Source: Verrucomicrobiota bacterium (lineage in GTDB: Bacteria; Verrucomicrobiota; Lentisphaeria; Lentisphaerales; Lentisphaeraceae). Taken from it: 28,098 nt of DNA. Positions 26,338 to 28,098 of this stretch are shown here, piece after piece. Location of the stretch: positions 1 to 28,098 of the forward strand of contig JBDKFG010000066.1 in the NCBI GenBank assembly GCA_039798785.1. The letters run 5' to 3'. Under the pieces are notes generated by a model. That model had not been told where the DNA came from and made no database searches. It saw only the letters and a program-made list of their open reading frames with translations. Numbering within the stretch: position 1 is the first letter of the stretch; each line of letters starts with the position of its first letter. Made by a program: the position numbers and the translations under genes.

Positions 26338-27744
26338 ATGGACGACGCCGATGTCGAACTCATCGCCCTCTGCCTCGAAGGCCAGCCGGACGAAGCCTCG
26401 CGAGCGCGCTTCAAAGAACGCTTGCGCGACCCCACCTTCCGCCGCCTGATCCTCGATTTCGAAGCTGACTCCGCCCGCCTGCCGAGGCTGCTTCTGGAAA
26501 TGCAGCAGGAGCGGCGGGCTGCGGCGCGGCGGCCCAGAGCCTTGCTCTTCTGGCGACGACTCGCCTGGGGCGCCAGCGCCGCCCTGGTCCTGATCGCTTG
26601 CTGCCTCTATTTCTGGCCGGCCTCCGCCGAGCTGCCCCGCGTCGTCCACGCAGCCGCCGGCTGGCCCGCCGAGGGCAAGGCCCTTGCCGCCGGCCTCGAA
26701 TACCTCGTGCCGGAGGAAGCCCAGGTGACCCTCGCCTATCCCGACGGCAGCACGATTCACCTCGCCGCAGGGACTCGATTGAGCTTTGACAACCGCTCCG
26801 GAAAAACCCTGATCCTGCATCAAGGGACCCTCTCGGCCGAGGTGAGCCCGCAAGCTGCCGGAAAACCGATGCGCCTGCGCTGTCCGCAGGCGGAGGCGGA
26901 AGTCGTCGGAACACGCTTCACCCTCCTGGCAGCCGAGAGACTCAGCACCTTGAAGGTCGAAAAAGGCCTGGTGAACTTCGGCGACGGCCGCTCCCGCGTC
27001 CAGGTCCAGGCCGGACGTCAGGCGCAAGCCGACGGGCTGCAGCCGATCATAGTCCAGAATCTGGCGCCCGACAACGCCCAATCCTTGGCTCGCTGGAAGG
27101 CCTTCAGCCAGAAACTCCGCTTCGATCCGGCGATGGTCGCCTACTATGACTTCCAGGAAGGCAAGGGCGATCAGCTGCATTGTGTTTCGCCCGGCGGCAA
27201 GGACGGCAAGATCAGCCTGCCGCTGTGGATGGCGGGGCGTTGGCAAGGCAAACACTCACTGCTTCTCGATCAAGGCCGAAAAGTCGATGTCGCCGACTTT
27301 GAGCGGCTGCGTTTGAAAGGCCCCTGCAGCGTCTTCGTCTGGTTCTGCGTCCAAGATTGGAGCAAGCCGTATCACGCCTTGATCAGCAAAGGCCAATGGA
27401 GCTGGCGGATCCAGCGCGGCATCGACTCGCCCGGCCTGGAATTCGCCTTTAGCGGCTTCGAGCCGAATGTCGTTTACGGAAAGATTCCCGTCAACGATGG
27501 CCGATGGCATCTCGCCTGCGGCGTCTACGACGGCAACAGCCTGGCGATTTTCATCGATGGACGCCTCGATCAGAAACTCCCCTGCAAGGGCCGAGGAGCG
27601 CAGTCGAGTGACGCACTGGAGATCGGGGCCAACACCCATCAGCCTCATCCCAACGCCAACTGCTGGATCGACGAGATCGGCATCCTTGAACGCGCCTTCT
27701 CCGCTGAGGAGATCAAGGCCTTGTGGGAAGCCGGAAAACCCTAA
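26338..27744 (+). CDS. FecR-domain anti-sigma factor with C-terminal LamG/concanavalin A-like domain
   Basis: GGAGG SD; N-terminal anti-sigma-like helices, TM, FecR motifs (YPDGSTIHL, AEVVGTRFTL, VEKGLV), LamG motifs (YYDF, GRWHLACGVYDG, IFIDG, IDEIGI). Confidence 0.88.
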   Translation: MDDADVELIALCLEGQPDEASRARFKERLRDPTFRRLILDFEADSARLPRLLLEMQQERRAAARRPRALLFWRRLAWGASAALVLIACCLYFWPASAELPRVVHAAAGWPAEGKALAAGLEYLVPEEAQVTLAYPDGSTIHLAAGTRLSFDNRSGKTLILHQGTLSAEVSPQAAGKPMRLRCPQAEAEVVGTRFTLLAAERLSTLKVEKGLVNFGDGRSRVQVQAGRQAQADGLQPIIVQNLAPDNAQSLARWKAFSQKLRFDPAMVAYYDFQEGKGDQLHCVSPGGKDGKISLPLWMAGRWQGKHSLLLDQGRKVDVADFERLRLKGPCSVFVWFCVQDWSKPYHALISKGQWSWRIQRGIDSPGLEFAFSGFEPNVVYGKIPVNDGRWHLACGVYDGNSLAIFIDGRLDQKLPCKGRGAQSSDALEIGANTHQPHPNANCWIDEIGILERAFSAEEIKALWEAGKP

Positions 27745-27779
27745 TCCCTCATCGTCGTCAAAATTCCCCCCAACCACCG

Positions 27780-27806
27780 CGATGAATCCCGGTATTTCCT
27801 GTGAAT
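27780..27806 (+). promoter_or_regulatory. Putative ECF target promoter (CGATGAATCC-N11-GTGAAT)
   Basis: Matches 25764-25790; followed by AGGAGA SD and ATG 27829. Confidence 0.65.
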
Positions 27807-27828
27807 GATCTGCAACCAGGAGAATACC

Positions 27829-28098
27829 ATGAAACTCGCCCGCCGGTCCTTCACCAAGCCCACCGACCCCGGCCTGCTGGACAACCTGGTGGGCGGCGGC
27901 GTGCCGCATGGCCAGACGCCGGCCGACACCGTGATCCGTGAGGGCTGGGAGGAAGCCGGCCTGACGCCCGCGCAGATGGCCGGCATCCGCCCAGGCCGCA
28001 TCCTGCGCCTGGGCCGCGACATCCCCGAAGGCTTCCAGCTCGAATGGCTGAGCGTGTACGACCTGGCCCTGCCGCCGGGGCTGCAGCCATGCAACCAG
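27829..28098 (+). CDS. 3'-partial ORF: prepilin-like leader MKLARRSFT continuing into a NUDIX hydrolase fragment (probably chimeric)
   Basis: MKLARRSFTKPTDPGLLDNLVGGGVPHGQTPADTVIREGWEEAGL...; Nudix box-like G-x5-Q-x7-REGWEEAG; not in ORF track. Confidence 0.6.
   Translation, partial: MKLARRSFTKPTDPGLLDNLVGGGVPHGQTPADTVIREGWEEAGLTPAQMAGIRPGRILRLGRDIPEGFQLEWLSVYDLALPPGLQPCNQ

Noticed and set aside
1..28098. CRISPR array, rRNA, tRNA, reverse transcriptase/DGR, intact IS element
   Set aside because: Repeats seen are spacerless tandem units or coding repeats; no cas, RT, DDE transposase or RNA-gene signature recognised by eye
27811..28098. 9-bp direct repeat TGCAACCAG at 27811 and at the window end, as a possible target-site duplication
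   Set aside because: Second copy is ordinary coding sequence cut by the window edge; no terminal repeats; cannot be told from chance

Overview
GC-rich bacterial chromosomal window. The gene repertoire (BatA/BatB VWA genes, ECF sigma-Ser/Thr kinase pair, ECF-FecR/LamG pair, OleA, CPA2-EIIA fusion) points by inference to the PVC superphylum, plausibly Lentisphaerota. Order: partial batB/C-like and batA (-), a large LRR membrane protein with an in-frame low-GC block (-), a TraB/GumN-like secreted protein (+), DUF4349-like protein and a probably inactive alpha/beta-hydrolase (-), CPA2-PTS EIIA antiporter, ECF sigma plus translationally coupled kinase (+), fabF (-) divergent from oleA (+), a coiled-coil membrane protein, two small proteins (one a 51-aa lipoprotein absent from the ORF track), trmL, an Rpn PD-(D/E)XK nuclease with a 21-bp tandem repeat, RNase R with a repeat-rich tail, panBC, ECF plus FecR-LamG, and a probably chimeric 3' end. 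Most notable: the ECF-coupled kinase lacks the beta3 lysine but has a lysine in the glycine-rich loop (WNK-like), and a duplicated GATGAATCC-N11-GKGAA motif suggests the cognate promoter of the second ECF. No rRNA, tRNA, CRISPR array or intact IS was recognised. All calls are by eye, without database searches.
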